This document shows positions 48,484 through 58,335 of a stretch of 64,000 bases of DNA, one piece after another (position 1 is the stretch's first letter; every line of letters begins with the position of its first letter). The DNA lies in the NCBI GenBank assembly GCA_044341565.1, contig JBIIRM010000001.1, positions 1,159 to 65,158 of the forward strand, in the 5' to 3' direction. The notes beneath the pieces are model-generated. The model was not told the DNA's origin, searched no databases, and saw only the letters and a program-made list of their open reading frames with translations. The position numbers and the translations under genes were made by a program. This DNA comes from Minisyncoccia bacterium. Lineage in GTDB: Bacteria; Patescibacteriota; Minisyncoccia; SW-4-49-11.

Positions 48484-49538
48484 GAAAAATTATTCCTACA
48501 AATGAGCATAATAAAACCAAGAAAAAAATGAAATCTTGGAAAAAAATCACCTTAATTATATTAGGGGTGATGTTATTTATTGCAATAGCAGTACTTGGAT
48601 ATATTGGATATCAGGCCAATCAGTCTATTAATAATATTACAGGAGAAAAAAAGTCTATTTTTGATACAGCCCGCTCTTTATTACCAGGAGCTGCAAGTAA
48701 AGAATTAAAGTCAGATAATGGAAGAACTAATATTGTATTATTAGGTATGCGTGGAGAAAATGATCCAAATGGAGGATTATTATCAGATTCTATTATGATT
48801 ATTTCTATTAAAAATGATACCAAACAGGTGGCTATGATATCAATACCACGAGATTTACGAGTTCAAATTCCAAATACAAAAAATTATGGAAAGCTTAATT
48901 CTATACATGCGATAGGATCACAACAAAAACCTCCACAAGGGTTACAATATACTATGAATACATTAACAGAGATAACAGGACTACCTATGCATTATGGAAT
49001 TAGCGTAGATTTTGTAGCATTTAAGGGAATTATAGATTCATTAGGAGGCATAACAGTAAATGCTGCGAGTGACTTTTATGACCCTAATTATGAAGGAGGT
49101 ATTAGAGTCAAAAAAGGACCTAATGATTTGAATAGTGATAGAGCTCTTAAATATGTATGGGCGCGATTAAGTAGCAATGATTTTGATCGTTCTCGAAGAC
49201 AAAGAGAAGTATTAACTGCAATTAAGGATAAGGCTGAGCAAACAGGGGCTTTAAAAAATCCAGTATTTTTAGTTAATTTATTGAATAATTTAGGAAGTCA
49301 TGTTAAGACAACTATGACATTAGATGAATTAAAAACTACAGTAAATACCTTAAGTGAACTTGATCTTAATACCATGATTCAAAAAGGATATGATACTTCT
49401 GCTGATGGACCTTTTACCTCAAAGACAGAGCCAGGAATAGGGTATGTGATTATACCAAAAACAGGGAATTTTAATGCATTCCAAAAAGATATTCAAAATA
49501 TTTTTCCACCCATAGATAATAAAGATACGAAAAAATAA
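48480..49538 (+). CDS. LCP (LytR-CpsA-Psr) family protein
   Basis: N-terminal TM; SDSI, SIPRD and DFDRSRRQ motifs. Confidence 0.92.
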   Translation: MRKIIPTNEHNKTKKKMKSWKKITLIILGVMLFIAIAVLGYIGYQANQSINNITGEKKSIFDTARSLLPGAASKELKSDNGRTNIVLLGMRGENDPNGGLLSDSIMIISIKNDTKQVAMISIPRDLRVQIPNTKNYGKLNSIHAIGSQQKPPQGLQYTMNTLTEITGLPMHYGISVDFVAFKGIIDSLGGITVNAASDFYDPNYEGGIRVKKGPNDLNSDRALKYVWARLSSNDFDRSRRQREVLTAIKDKAEQTGALKNPVFLVNLLNNLGSHVKTTMTLDELKTTVNTLSELDLNTMIQKGYDTSADGPFTSKTEPGIGYVIIPKTGNFNAFQKDIQNIFPPIDNKDTKK

Positions 49539-49539
49539 T

Positions 49540-50361
49540 ATGAAATATAAGGTGGCATTAACTATTGTCAATTATAATACTAAGGATTTATTATTTTATT
49601 GTTTGAAAAAAATTTATCAGGCTCATATTAGTGTACCATTTCAAATTATTGTTTTAGATAATGCTTCTCGAGATGCTGAGGAAGTGGAGGAGGAAGTAAA
49701 CAGTAAATATCCAGAAACTATATTTATCAAACAATTACAGAATACGGGCTATACAAAAGGAGTAAATACTTGTGTCAAAAAAGCCAAAGCTCAATATATA
49801 TTTAATCTTAATACGGACGCCTTTATTGAGCCTGGTATTGTAGAGAAAATGGTAGAGTATTTAGATAATAATTCATCAGTTGGACTGATTTCACCACAAC
49901 TTTTAAATTTTGATGGTTCTATTCAGGAGTCTAGTTATCGCTTTTTAACACCATTTATAGCTCTTTATCGCAGAACTCCGATAGGGCTATTACCATTTGC
50001 AAAAAAGGCTTTGGCTCGCTTTCGTATGATTGATTGGGATCATAATTCAATTAAAGAAGTGGATTGGGTATTGGGAGCTGCTTATATGTTCCCGAAAGCC
50101 ACTGTAGAGGAAATAGGATATTTGGATGAGGACATGTTCTTGTATTTGTCCGACACCTATTTTGCATGGCAAATTTGGTCAATAGGAAAAAAAGTTGTAT
50201 ATTATCCAGAAGTACAAATGTATCATTATCATAGAAAATCAAGTCAAAATGGAATATTTCTAAAACTCCTATTCAGTAAAGCATATTGGATACATATTCA
50301 AGATGGTATTACATTTTTCCTAAAAACTTGGCTACGCTCTAATCCACATCAATTAACATAA
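49540..50361 (+). CDS. GT2 glycosyltransferase (WbbL-like)
   Basis: IVNYN, DNAS, LNTD and VDWVLGA motifs. Confidence 0.88.
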   Translation: MKYKVALTIVNYNTKDLLFYCLKKIYQAHISVPFQIIVLDNASRDAEEVEEEVNSKYPETIFIKQLQNTGYTKGVNTCVKKAKAQYIFNLNTDAFIEPGIVEKMVEYLDNNSSVGLISPQLLNFDGSIQESSYRFLTPFIALYRRTPIGLLPFAKKALARFRMIDWDHNSIKEVDWVLGAAYMFPKATVEEIGYLDEDMFLYLSDTYFAWQIWSIGKKVVYYPEVQMYHYHRKSSQNGIFLKLLFSKAYWIHIQDGITFFLKTWLRSNPHQLT

Positions 50362-50371
50362 AATTGTCATT

Positions 50372-51553
50372 ATGAAACCTCTCAATATTCTTTTCACCAT
50401 ATTATTACTCGGCATCTCTTTTGTGTCGGGGGGGCTTTATTTCCATGATTATGTACATAGTTTTATTGGAACTACTCCGCTATCAAGCTCAAATTTTGAA
50501 ACAAAAACATTACAAAATGTATATAGCTTTTTACAAGATAAATACTTATATCCAGATCAAATTAATGATAAAAAAGATACAGAATTAGGATCTGTTAAGG
50601 GTTTAGTTAGTTCTTTAGATGACCCTTATACCGTATATTTCTCTAAAGATGAATATGATTCATTTCAAGAGAATTTAGAAGGGAAATTTGAAGGTATTGG
50701 AGCTCAAATTGGTCTTAGAGAAGAACAGCTAATTATTGAAACACCTATTGATGGAACTCCAGCAAATAAAGCAGGATTATTACCAGGAGATGAAATTGTA
50801 ACTATTGATGGAGAAAGTACTATTGGGCTTAGTGTAGAAGAGGCTGTTACGAAAATAAGAGGAGAAAAGGGAACTGAAGTTAAATTAGAAATAGCAAGAA
50901 AAGGTCAAGATAGACTAAAAACTGTTACTATTACTCGTGATGTCATTGATATACCTAATATTACTGTGGAGGAAAAAGATGGTATTGCCATTATATCTAT
51001 TTCCCAATTTCAAGCTGAGACAGCTCAGGAATTAGATACTAAATTAGCTGAACTTAGTCAAAAAGGGGTAAAAAAAGTAGTATTAGATTTAAGGAATAAT
51101 CCAGGAGGATATTTACAGTCAGCAGTAGAAACTATAGAATTATTTGCTCCAAAGGGATCAATTGCTGTAACAGAAAAAGGTAAAAATGATAAAGTAATAG
51201 AAGAATTGAAGACTAAAAAAGCTCCTAAATATGGAGATATTCCATTAGTGGTCTTAGTGAATGAAGGATCAGCCTCAGCCTCAGAGATTGTAGCGGGTGC
51301 ATTAAGAGATTTAAAAAAGACTCAACTGATTGGTAAAAAAACATTTGGAAAGGGAGTAGTACAAAGTACTCAGAAATTTCCTGATGGATCAGTGCTCAAA
51401 TATACTATTGCTGAATGGTTTACTCCATCAGGAAAAGCTATTAATAAAGAAGGTATTAATCCAGATATAGAAATAGATTTAAAGTCAGAAGATATTAAGG
51501 ATAAAAAAGATCCTCAATTAGATAAAGCTTTAGAAATTATTAAAGCATTATAA
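50372..51553 (+). CDS. S41 carboxy-terminal processing protease
   Basis: PDZ domain (GIG); DLRNNPGG, SASASE and FGKG motifs. Confidence 0.95.
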   Translation: MKPLNILFTILLLGISFVSGGLYFHDYVHSFIGTTPLSSSNFETKTLQNVYSFLQDKYLYPDQINDKKDTELGSVKGLVSSLDDPYTVYFSKDEYDSFQENLEGKFEGIGAQIGLREEQLIIETPIDGTPANKAGLLPGDEIVTIDGESTIGLSVEEAVTKIRGEKGTEVKLEIARKGQDRLKTVTITRDVIDIPNITVEEKDGIAIISISQFQAETAQELDTKLAELSQKGVKKVVLDLRNNPGGYLQSAVETIELFAPKGSIAVTEKGKNDKVIEELKTKKAPKYGDIPLVVLVNEGSASASEIVAGALRDLKKTQLIGKKTFGKGVVQSTQKFPDGSVLKYTIAEWFTPSGKAINKEGINPDIEIDLKSEDIKDKKDPQLDKALEIIKAL

Positions 51554-51560
51554 TAGATCT

Positions 51561-51601
51561 AAATAAAAAATCTCTCTGTATAAAAGAGAGATTTTTTATT
51601 T
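51561..51601. terminator. Bidirectional terminator between the S41 protease gene and proS
   Basis: AAATAAAAAATCTCTCT-N-AGAGAGATTTTTTATTT inverted repeat. Confidence 0.85.
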
Positions 51602-51606
51602 GAAAT

Positions 51607-52821
51607 TTAGAGCTTTTCAAAAGGGATAATATCTCCATTTATCTCAACCCCATTTTGCTCGAGACTTTTCTTGCTGATAATAATTCTTTGAGGAATTCCA
51701 ATCAAATCAGCATCAGCAAATTTAATTCCTGGCCTTTCATCACGATTGTCAAATAATACAGATTTTCCATTTTTTTGATACTGCTGATAAAGCTCTTCTG
51801 CTTTATTTTTTACCTCATCAGAATCAGTATTCAGCATAATAAGATGTATATCAAAAGGACTAATTTCAGCTGGCCATAGCATTTTAGAATTATTCTCAGC
51901 AAATATTTCTACGATAGTTCCCATAAGTCGTGAAATTCCAATTCCATAACACCCCATAATTACAGATTGATTTTGCCCCTTATCGTCGGTAAACTCAAGT
52001 CCAAAAGCATCAGAATATTTGGTTTGTAATTTAAAAATATTACCAACTTCAATAGCTTTTTTCTCAATCAAATCACTATTCCCACATTCGGGACACGTAT
52101 TTTGCTCCTTGATAATTTCTTGATTGATACCAATATTACAGGTCTCACATACGAATATGGTATCTTCCCCAATATCTGATATAGTTTGAAATTCATGAGA
52201 ATATTTACTAAAACTTCCACCAGAAGCATAAGTCTTGAGAGTATTGTTGCCCAGCCCAAGCCTGTTATAAATATTAATATAGGCTTGAATTACGGTATTA
52301 TAATAAGTATCTAAATCATCGCTATTAGCATGAAAAGAGTATAAATCTTTCATAATAAATTCTCTTCCTCGAAGCAGCCCAGATTTTGCGCGCTTCTCAT
52401 CTCTAAATTTAGTTTGAATTTGATAGGTAGCTAAAGGTAAATCCTGATAAGATTGAATTAAGTTTTGGGCAAGGGGAGTAATAATTTCCTCATGAGTAGA
52501 TCCAAGAGCTAATTCAGTATTCGTATAATATGAAGTGAAGCGATATAAAACATCAAGACTATCCCAACGCCCAGTTTTTTCCCAATAGGCTTTTGGTTGC
52601 AGAGCTGGTAAGAGGATTTCTTGAGCTGATATGGCTGCTAATTCTTCTCTCACAATTTTTTCAATATTTTGAATAACACGATACCCTAAAGGTAAATAAG
52701 CATATACTCCAGCCATAATCTGATCAACAAATCCAGCTTTAATGAGAATTTGAGCATTGAGAGATTCTTCTGTTTGGCTTATTTGTTTACGAGTTTTAGA
52801 AATAAGAGATGATTGATACAT
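51607..52821 (-). CDS. proS: Proline--tRNA ligase (short form without editing domain)
   Basis: THEE, FRDE, REFIMKD and MGCYGIG motifs. Confidence 0.95.
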   Translation of the reverse strand: MYQSSLISKTRKQISQTEESLNAQILIKAGFVDQIMAGVYAYLPLGYRVIQNIEKIVREELAAISAQEILLPALQPKAYWEKTGRWDSLDVLYRFTSYYTNTELALGSTHEEIITPLAQNLIQSYQDLPLATYQIQTKFRDEKRAKSGLLRGREFIMKDLYSFHANSDDLDTYYNTVIQAYINIYNRLGLGNNTLKTYASGGSFSKYSHEFQTISDIGEDTIFVCETCNIGINQEIIKEQNTCPECGNSDLIEKKAIEVGNIFKLQTKYSDAFGLEFTDDKGQNQSVIMGCYGIGISRLMGTIVEIFAENNSKMLWPAEISPFDIHLIMLNTDSDEVKNKAEELYQQYQKNGKSVLFDNRDERPGIKFADADLIGIPQRIIISKKSLEQNGVEINGDIIPFEKL

Positions 52822-52824
52822 ATA

Positions 52825-53289
52825 TTATGCATTAGTCAATAAAGAAGTAATTTGTTCTTTGGAAAAGTGTTTTAAGACAATATGCCATACGGGCTTGCGA
52901 TATTCATGTAAGAAAATTTCAATCTTATCTTGAGGTACCCATAAAAACCCTCCAAGTTCGCGGCGATCCACTTGTATGGATTTAGTATTCCCAGTAAATT
53001 TGAGTAACATAATAGTTTGTTCTTGACCGAGATTTTCATCACGAATTAATTTTTTTGCCCAACGATATATATGTTTCTCAGGACATTCGGCTAAGAGCGT
53101 AAATTCTGTAGTATGTAATTCTTCTCCTAATTCTCGAAGTACCGCCTTTTGATTGGACTCTCCTTCATTTACTCCACCTTGAGGAAATTGCCAATGAAGA
53201 GGATCATTGGATCTTGATACAATAAGTACATTGCCATCTGCATCAAAGATGATAGCAAGTACATTTTTCCGTAATTTACCCTGTGTCAT
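52825..53289 (-). CDS. Nudix hydrolase, RppH-like
   Basis: RxNV motif; WQFPQGG...RELGEE Nudix box; GQEQ. Confidence 0.85.
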   Translation of the reverse strand: MTQGKLRKNVLAIIFDADGNVLIVSRSNDPLHWQFPQGGVNEGESNQKAVLRELGEELHTTEFTLLAECPEKHIYRWAKKLIRDENLGQEQTIMLLKFTGNTKSIQVDRRELGGFLWVPQDKIEIFLHEYRKPVWHIVLKHFSKEQITSLLTNA

Positions 53290-53421
53290 ATAAAACTAAA
53301 ATTTACCTTGATATAAGAATTAACTATAGTATAGCTTATAATTGCTATTTTGTACATAAATATGAAATATCTATTGTAAAATAATATATATTATGATACA
53401 ATAGATATATATTAAGTAATA

Positions 53422-53670
53422 ATGATAAATATGAGTAAAAAATTATTAGAAAAGCACCCAAGTCACAAAGAATTCATTGCAAAGACTGAAATTGTAACAA
53501 AGCTTGCCTTCAAAGCAGTAGCTTTAACAGTAGTTATTACTTTGGTATTGTATCAAGTATTATTCGCCCTATCATATCTTGGATTAACCGCTTATCAAGA
53601 ATATAAGCAAGATCAAGCTCAACAAAAGCAACAAGATTCTTTACAACAATTACAACAAGATAAGAAATAA
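53422..53670 (+). CDS. Small single-TM hypothetical protein with Gln-rich tail
   Basis: ORF with its own promoter (TATGATACAAT) and terminator. Confidence 0.7.
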   Translation: MINMSKKLLEKHPSHKEFIAKTEIVTKLAFKAVALTVVITLVLYQVLFALSYLGLTAYQEYKQDQAQQKQQDSLQQLQQDKK

Positions 53671-53692
53671 TTTTATCTAAGTTGAGAAGACT

Positions 53693-53722
53693 AATAAAAA
53701 CCGGGTAAAACCGGTTTTTATT
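53693..53722 (+). terminator. Intrinsic terminator
   Basis: AATAAAAACCGG-GTAAAA-CCGGTTTTTATT. Confidence 0.85.
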
Positions 53723-53793
53723 GTCAAGAATAAGAATATAGTATAGACTAAATAAAGTATAGTATATTGCTAATAGGTATTGTGTAGATAATC

Positions 53794-54855
53794 ATGGATA
53801 TAAAGACATTTAAAGAAAAATTTCAACCTCTTCTTGAGAAAGCTCTTGACCAAAAATTCACAGAATATTCTCTTTATACTCAAGATGAGGAGATTTTGGG
53901 TATAATTCATTATGTGCGAGCTATTATTGGTGGGGGAAAATGTATTCGCCCATATATGGCTTATACGCTATATGAAACATTAGGAGGAGAGGATACGGAT
54001 ACTATTCTAGATTTATTGGTATCTCTTGAAATTTTTCATTCCTTTGCTTTAATACATGATGATGTTATTGATGAAGGGAAAATACGCCATAGAGTTGATA
54101 CTGTGCATACATTTGTCTCTAATAGCATACAGGATAATCATAGAAGTGTAAGGAATAGGGTACATTATGGGCATTCACAGGCAATTCTTATTGGAGATTT
54201 ATTATTCTCATGGTCAATTGGAAGATTTCATGAATTTCAGCAATTACCATATCATAATGATGCGTGGAAAATTTTCTATCAAATGATTGATGAAGTAGCT
54301 GTTGGACAAATGATTGATGTTAATGTGATGACTAGAGACTCAATTGATGCTGATTTGATTGAGACAAAAATGCGATTAAAAACTGCAGGATATACTTTTG
54401 TGCGCCCAATGCAAATAGGTGTTACCTTAGCGGGAAAAGGGAAAGAATTAGAGCAATTCTGTATTGATTTTGGTATTGCTTTGGGATTAGCTTTTCAAAC
54501 TCAAGACGATATTTTGGACATTATTGCAGACCCCAATATTATCAAAAAGTCGGTATTATCAGATATTAGAGAACATCAACATACATTTCTAACACAATAT
54601 GTGCTTGAGCAGGGTAATGAGAAAGATATTATGAAGTTACAGACATATTGGGGAAATGAATCTTTTACAGATAAGGACCAGAAGTCTATAATTGACTTAT
54701 TCGAGCATACAGGGGCTCTTTCTTATGCAAGAGCTAAAGTACAGGCATATTTAGAGCAAGCTCGACAAATTACTCGAGCCGAGAATAATATTACTGAGAA
54801 TACAAGAATTGCATTAAATAGTCTTATTGAATATATTGCTGACAGAGCATATTAA
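53794..54855 (+). CDS. Polyprenyl (GGPP-type) diphosphate synthase
   Basis: FARM HDDVID, GQMID, KTAGY and SARM QDDILD motifs. Confidence 0.9.
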   Translation: MDIKTFKEKFQPLLEKALDQKFTEYSLYTQDEEILGIIHYVRAIIGGGKCIRPYMAYTLYETLGGEDTDTILDLLVSLEIFHSFALIHDDVIDEGKIRHRVDTVHTFVSNSIQDNHRSVRNRVHYGHSQAILIGDLLFSWSIGRFHEFQQLPYHNDAWKIFYQMIDEVAVGQMIDVNVMTRDSIDADLIETKMRLKTAGYTFVRPMQIGVTLAGKGKELEQFCIDFGIALGLAFQTQDDILDIIADPNIIKKSVLSDIREHQHTFLTQYVLEQGNEKDIMKLQTYWGNESFTDKDQKSIIDLFEHTGALSYARAKVQAYLEQARQITRAENNITENTRIALNSLIEYIADRAY

Positions 54856-54860
54856 ACTAT

Positions 54861-55721
54861 ATGGACAAATATACCAAATCAATAGAAGCTATTACTAAGC
54901 AATTTGGAACAAGTTATTATTTTGCTACTCGGTTTTTGCCGGCTGATTTGAGGCAGGCAACCTATGCTTTATATAGTTTTTTTCGTATTCCGGATGAAAT
55001 TGTAGATAATGCTAATAATAATTCAGATACACATATTTTAGCTGAATTGAATGATTGGCAAATAGTATGGGAAAGGGCATATCATGGAGATATTACGAAA
55101 TACCCCGTACTTAATATGACAGCAAAAGTATTTCACACCTATCATATTCCATATCAATATAGTCTTGATTTTCTTGCAGCAATGAAACAAGATATAGTAA
55201 TTAAAGAGTATAAAACCTATCAAGACCTACAACAATATATGTACGGCTCAGCTGCGGTAGTGGGTCTTATGATGACATATATTATTGGCTATACTAATGA
55301 TAAGGCTTTGGAATATGCACCTTTACTTGGAGAGGCAATGCAAATGACAAATTTCCTCCGTGATATTGGAGAAGATTATGATCAGCGTGGTAGAATATAT
55401 ATACCACAGCATGATTTGTTAAGGTATAAAGTTACAGAAGATATGATTCAGAATCATCAGGTAACAAAAGAATTTGTGAATTGTCTCAAATATCAAATAC
55501 AGCATACTCGTGAATTATATCGGAAATCAGATAAGGGACTCCAATATCTGAATAGAAAAGGAAGATTTGCCGTTATTATGGCAAGTCGTATGTATGAGGC
55601 GATTCTCGGTAAAATTGAACAAAATCATTATGATGTGTTAACAAAAAGAGCGAGAACATCAAAGCGAGAAAAAGTATATATTCTTGGAAAGGCAGCATTA
55701 GAATATGGTTTTCAAGAATAA
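54861..55721 (+). CDS. crtB: Phytoene/squalene synthase
   Basis: DEIVD, YMYGSAAVVGLM, QMTNFLRDIGED and RIYIP motifs. Confidence 0.9.
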   Translation: MDKYTKSIEAITKQFGTSYYFATRFLPADLRQATYALYSFFRIPDEIVDNANNNSDTHILAELNDWQIVWERAYHGDITKYPVLNMTAKVFHTYHIPYQYSLDFLAAMKQDIVIKEYKTYQDLQQYMYGSAAVVGLMMTYIIGYTNDKALEYAPLLGEAMQMTNFLRDIGEDYDQRGRIYIPQHDLLRYKVTEDMIQNHQVTKEFVNCLKYQIQHTRELYRKSDKGLQYLNRKGRFAVIMASRMYEAILGKIEQNHYDVLTKRARTSKREKVYILGKAALEYGFQE

Positions 55722-55776
55722 ATTGAAGCTATATTAATTCTATGATATACTTATTATAATATTAATCAATACTGAT

Positions 55777-56850
55777 ATGGCAAAGACTAAATCCAAAGCA
55801 ATTGATAAGAATGCAAGTAAACAAGATAAGATACAATCTGTATTAGATGATATCAAAAGTAAATTTGGTGATGAGTCCATGATGAAATTGGGCGAGGTGA
55901 AGAAGGTAGATATTCATGCTTATTCAACGGGATCTATTTCACTTGATAGAGCTTTAGGGATTGGAGGTATTCCTCAAGGAAGAATTGTAGAAATATATGG
56001 CCCTGAATCTAGTGGAAAAACAACTATTTGTCTTCAAGTTATTGCAAATGCCCAAAAAGAAGGTGGTGTAGCTGCATTTATTGATACTGAACATGCACTG
56101 GACCCAGAATATGCAAAGAAGCTTAAGGTAAATACTGATGATTTGCTTATTTCACAGCCAAATACCGGAGAAGAAGCTTTATCTATTGTGGAGGCTTTAG
56201 TTCAATCTGGAAATGTAGATATTATTGTACTAGATTCCGTGGCTGCTATTGTACCAAAAGCAGAAATTGAAGGTGATATGGGAGATTCTCATGTAGCTAT
56301 TCAGGCTCGTCTTATGTCACAAGCATTGCGTAAATTAACTGCAATTTCAGCTAAAGCAAATACCACAATTCTCTTTACCAATCAAACTCGTATGAAAATT
56401 GGTATGATGGGTTATGGAAGTCCAGTTGAGACTCCAGGAGGAAAAGCTTTGAAATTCTATGCCTCAGTAAGAATTGAGATTAAGCGTATTGCACAGATTA
56501 AAAAGGGAGAAGAAGTTATTGGAGCAAGAACAAAAGCTAAAATTGTAAAGAATAAAGTAGCCGCTCCATTTAAAGTTGCTGAATTTGATATCATGTATAA
56601 TGAAGGTGTTTCATTGGAAACAGATTTGATTAATTTAGCTCTTAAAGTTGGTGTATTAAAGAAAAAAGGTACTTATATTCAAGATTTAGAGGGAAATACC
56701 CTAGGACAAGGATTAGAATCAGCTCGTAAAGTGCTAAGAGATAGTCCAGAGACATTGGAAAAACTATATGCAGATGTATTGGCTAAAGAAGATATAACAG
56801 AAGAGTCTGAAGATGCTCCTAGTTTAGATAGTAGTTCAATTGAAGAATAG
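55777..56850 (+). CDS. recA: Recombinase A
   Basis: [21 protein letters not shown] and KNKVAAPF motifs. Confidence 0.98.
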   Translation: MAKTKSKAIDKNASKQDKIQSVLDDIKSKFGDESMMKLGEVKKVDIHAYSTGSISLDRALGIGGIPQGRIVEIYGPESSGKTTICLQVIANAQKEGGVAAFIDTEHALDPEYAKKLKVNTDDLLISQPNTGEEALSIVEALVQSGNVDIIVLDSVAAIVPKAEIEGDMGDSHVAIQARLMSQALRKLTAISAKANTTILFTNQTRMKIGMMGYGSPVETPGGKALKFYASVRIEIKRIAQIKKGEEVIGARTKAKIVKNKVAAPFKVAEFDIMYNEGVSLETDLINLALKVGVLKKKGTYIQDLEGNTLGQGLESARKVLRDSPETLEKLYADVLAKEDITEESEDAPSLDSSSIEE

Positions 56851-56852
56851 GT

Positions 56853-57593
56853 ATGGCCTATACATTGGTACTTATTCGCCATGGGGAAAGTGTATGGAAT
56901 AAGCTTGATAAATTTACTGGCTGGACTGATGTAGAATTGTCAGCAAAAGGTATACAGGAGGCAAAAACATTAGGAATTGCTTTAAAGCAAAATGGTTTTG
57001 AATTTGATATAGCCTATACCTCAGTATTAGATAGAGCTGTGGATACATTACAATATGCTTTAGAAGCTGCTCATATGACATGGATACCAGTAATTAAAAA
57101 TTGGCATCTCAATGAAAGACATTATGGGGGATTACAAGGGCGAGATAAAACTGATGCAGTAGAAGAATTTGGAGAATATCAGGTGAAAGTTTGGAGGAGA
57201 GCCTTTGCAATTAAACCTCCTCTCTTGTCAGAATATGATTCACGATATCCAGCTACGGATGATAGATATAAAGATATACCTGTGGACCAATTACCTATTG
57301 GAGAATCTCTCAAAGACACATTAGATAGGGTTGCCCCATATTGGGAACAAGAATTAAAGCCAGCAATATTATCGGGAAAGAGAATTGTTATATCAGCACA
57401 TGGCAATAGTTTAAGAGCATTAGTAAAATTCCTTGAACATATGTCGGACAAGAAAATCATTGATTTAGAAATTCCAACAGGACAGCCATTAATATATCGT
57501 CTTAGGGAGTTAGATTTAAAAGTTGAAAAGCGCTATTATTTGATGAAGCAAAATAAGAGTATATGGAATAAAATTACTTCTCTTTTTAAATAA
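56853..57593 (+). CDS. gpmA: 2,3-BPG-dependent phosphoglycerate mutase
   Basis: RHGES, LNERHYG and AHGNSLR motifs. Confidence 0.95.
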   Translation: MAYTLVLIRHGESVWNKLDKFTGWTDVELSAKGIQEAKTLGIALKQNGFEFDIAYTSVLDRAVDTLQYALEAAHMTWIPVIKNWHLNERHYGGLQGRDKTDAVEEFGEYQVKVWRRAFAIKPPLLSEYDSRYPATDDRYKDIPVDQLPIGESLKDTLDRVAPYWEQELKPAILSGKRIVISAHGNSLRALVKFLEHMSDKKIIDLEIPTGQPLIYRLRELDLKVEKRYYLMKQNKSIWNKITSLFK

Positions 57594-57599
57594 ATACAT

Positions 57600-58280
57600 A
57601 TGTCAAAAATTATATTAATCAGACATGGGGATAGTATATGGGCTCAAGAAAATAGATATATTGGTTGGGCAGATGTTCCATTAGTAAATGCTCGAGAATC
57701 ATTACAACATATGGGTAATGTGTTATTAAATCAAAGATTTCATGTAGATATTATGATTAATTCGGTATTAGAACGCTCTATTGTTAGTGGTTGGACTGTA
57801 CTTAATAATATGTATCACTCTTGGATACCAGAAATACATGACTGGAGACTAAACCCTCGGCATTATGGTAAAATACAGGGTCTTACTCATCAGGAAGCTT
57901 TATTGCTATATCCAGAAATTGAATCCACTATATCTAGTTGGGATAAAAAAACAGAGGCTATTGATATCTCTGATACTCGTCACCCTAGTCATGATAGAAG
58001 ATATGCTCATATTTCTCCTGAACTATTGCCCGCAACAGAAAGTTTAGAGGATGTTGTAAAAAGAGTAAATAGTCTTATAGAGGACACTATAATTCCTTTA
58101 TTAAAGCAGGACAAAAACATTCTTATTATTGCTCATCATGATAGTATAAAAGGATTTCTTCATTATTTTCAAAAAACCTCAATAGAGGATACTCTTCAAA
58201 TAGATTTACCATTAGCTCAAGCAATAATTTTAGATTACAATATCAATACAGGGGAAATATTGGAGTCAAGGCTACAATAA
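57600..58280 (+). CDS. Divergent GpmA paralog (histidine phosphatase family)
   Basis: RHGDS, LNPRHYG and AHHDS motifs. Confidence 0.85.
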   Translation: MSKIILIRHGDSIWAQENRYIGWADVPLVNARESLQHMGNVLLNQRFHVDIMINSVLERSIVSGWTVLNNMYHSWIPEIHDWRLNPRHYGKIQGLTHQEALLLYPEIESTISSWDKKTEAIDISDTRHPSHDRRYAHISPELLPATESLEDVVKRVNSLIEDTIIPLLKQDKNILIIAHHDSIKGFLHYFQKTSIEDTLQIDLPLAQAIILDYNINTGEILESRLQ

Positions 58281-58335
58281 GAGATGACAAAAAGGCTCAT
58301 ATATGCTAGAATAATACCAATAAATTATTGTTATC

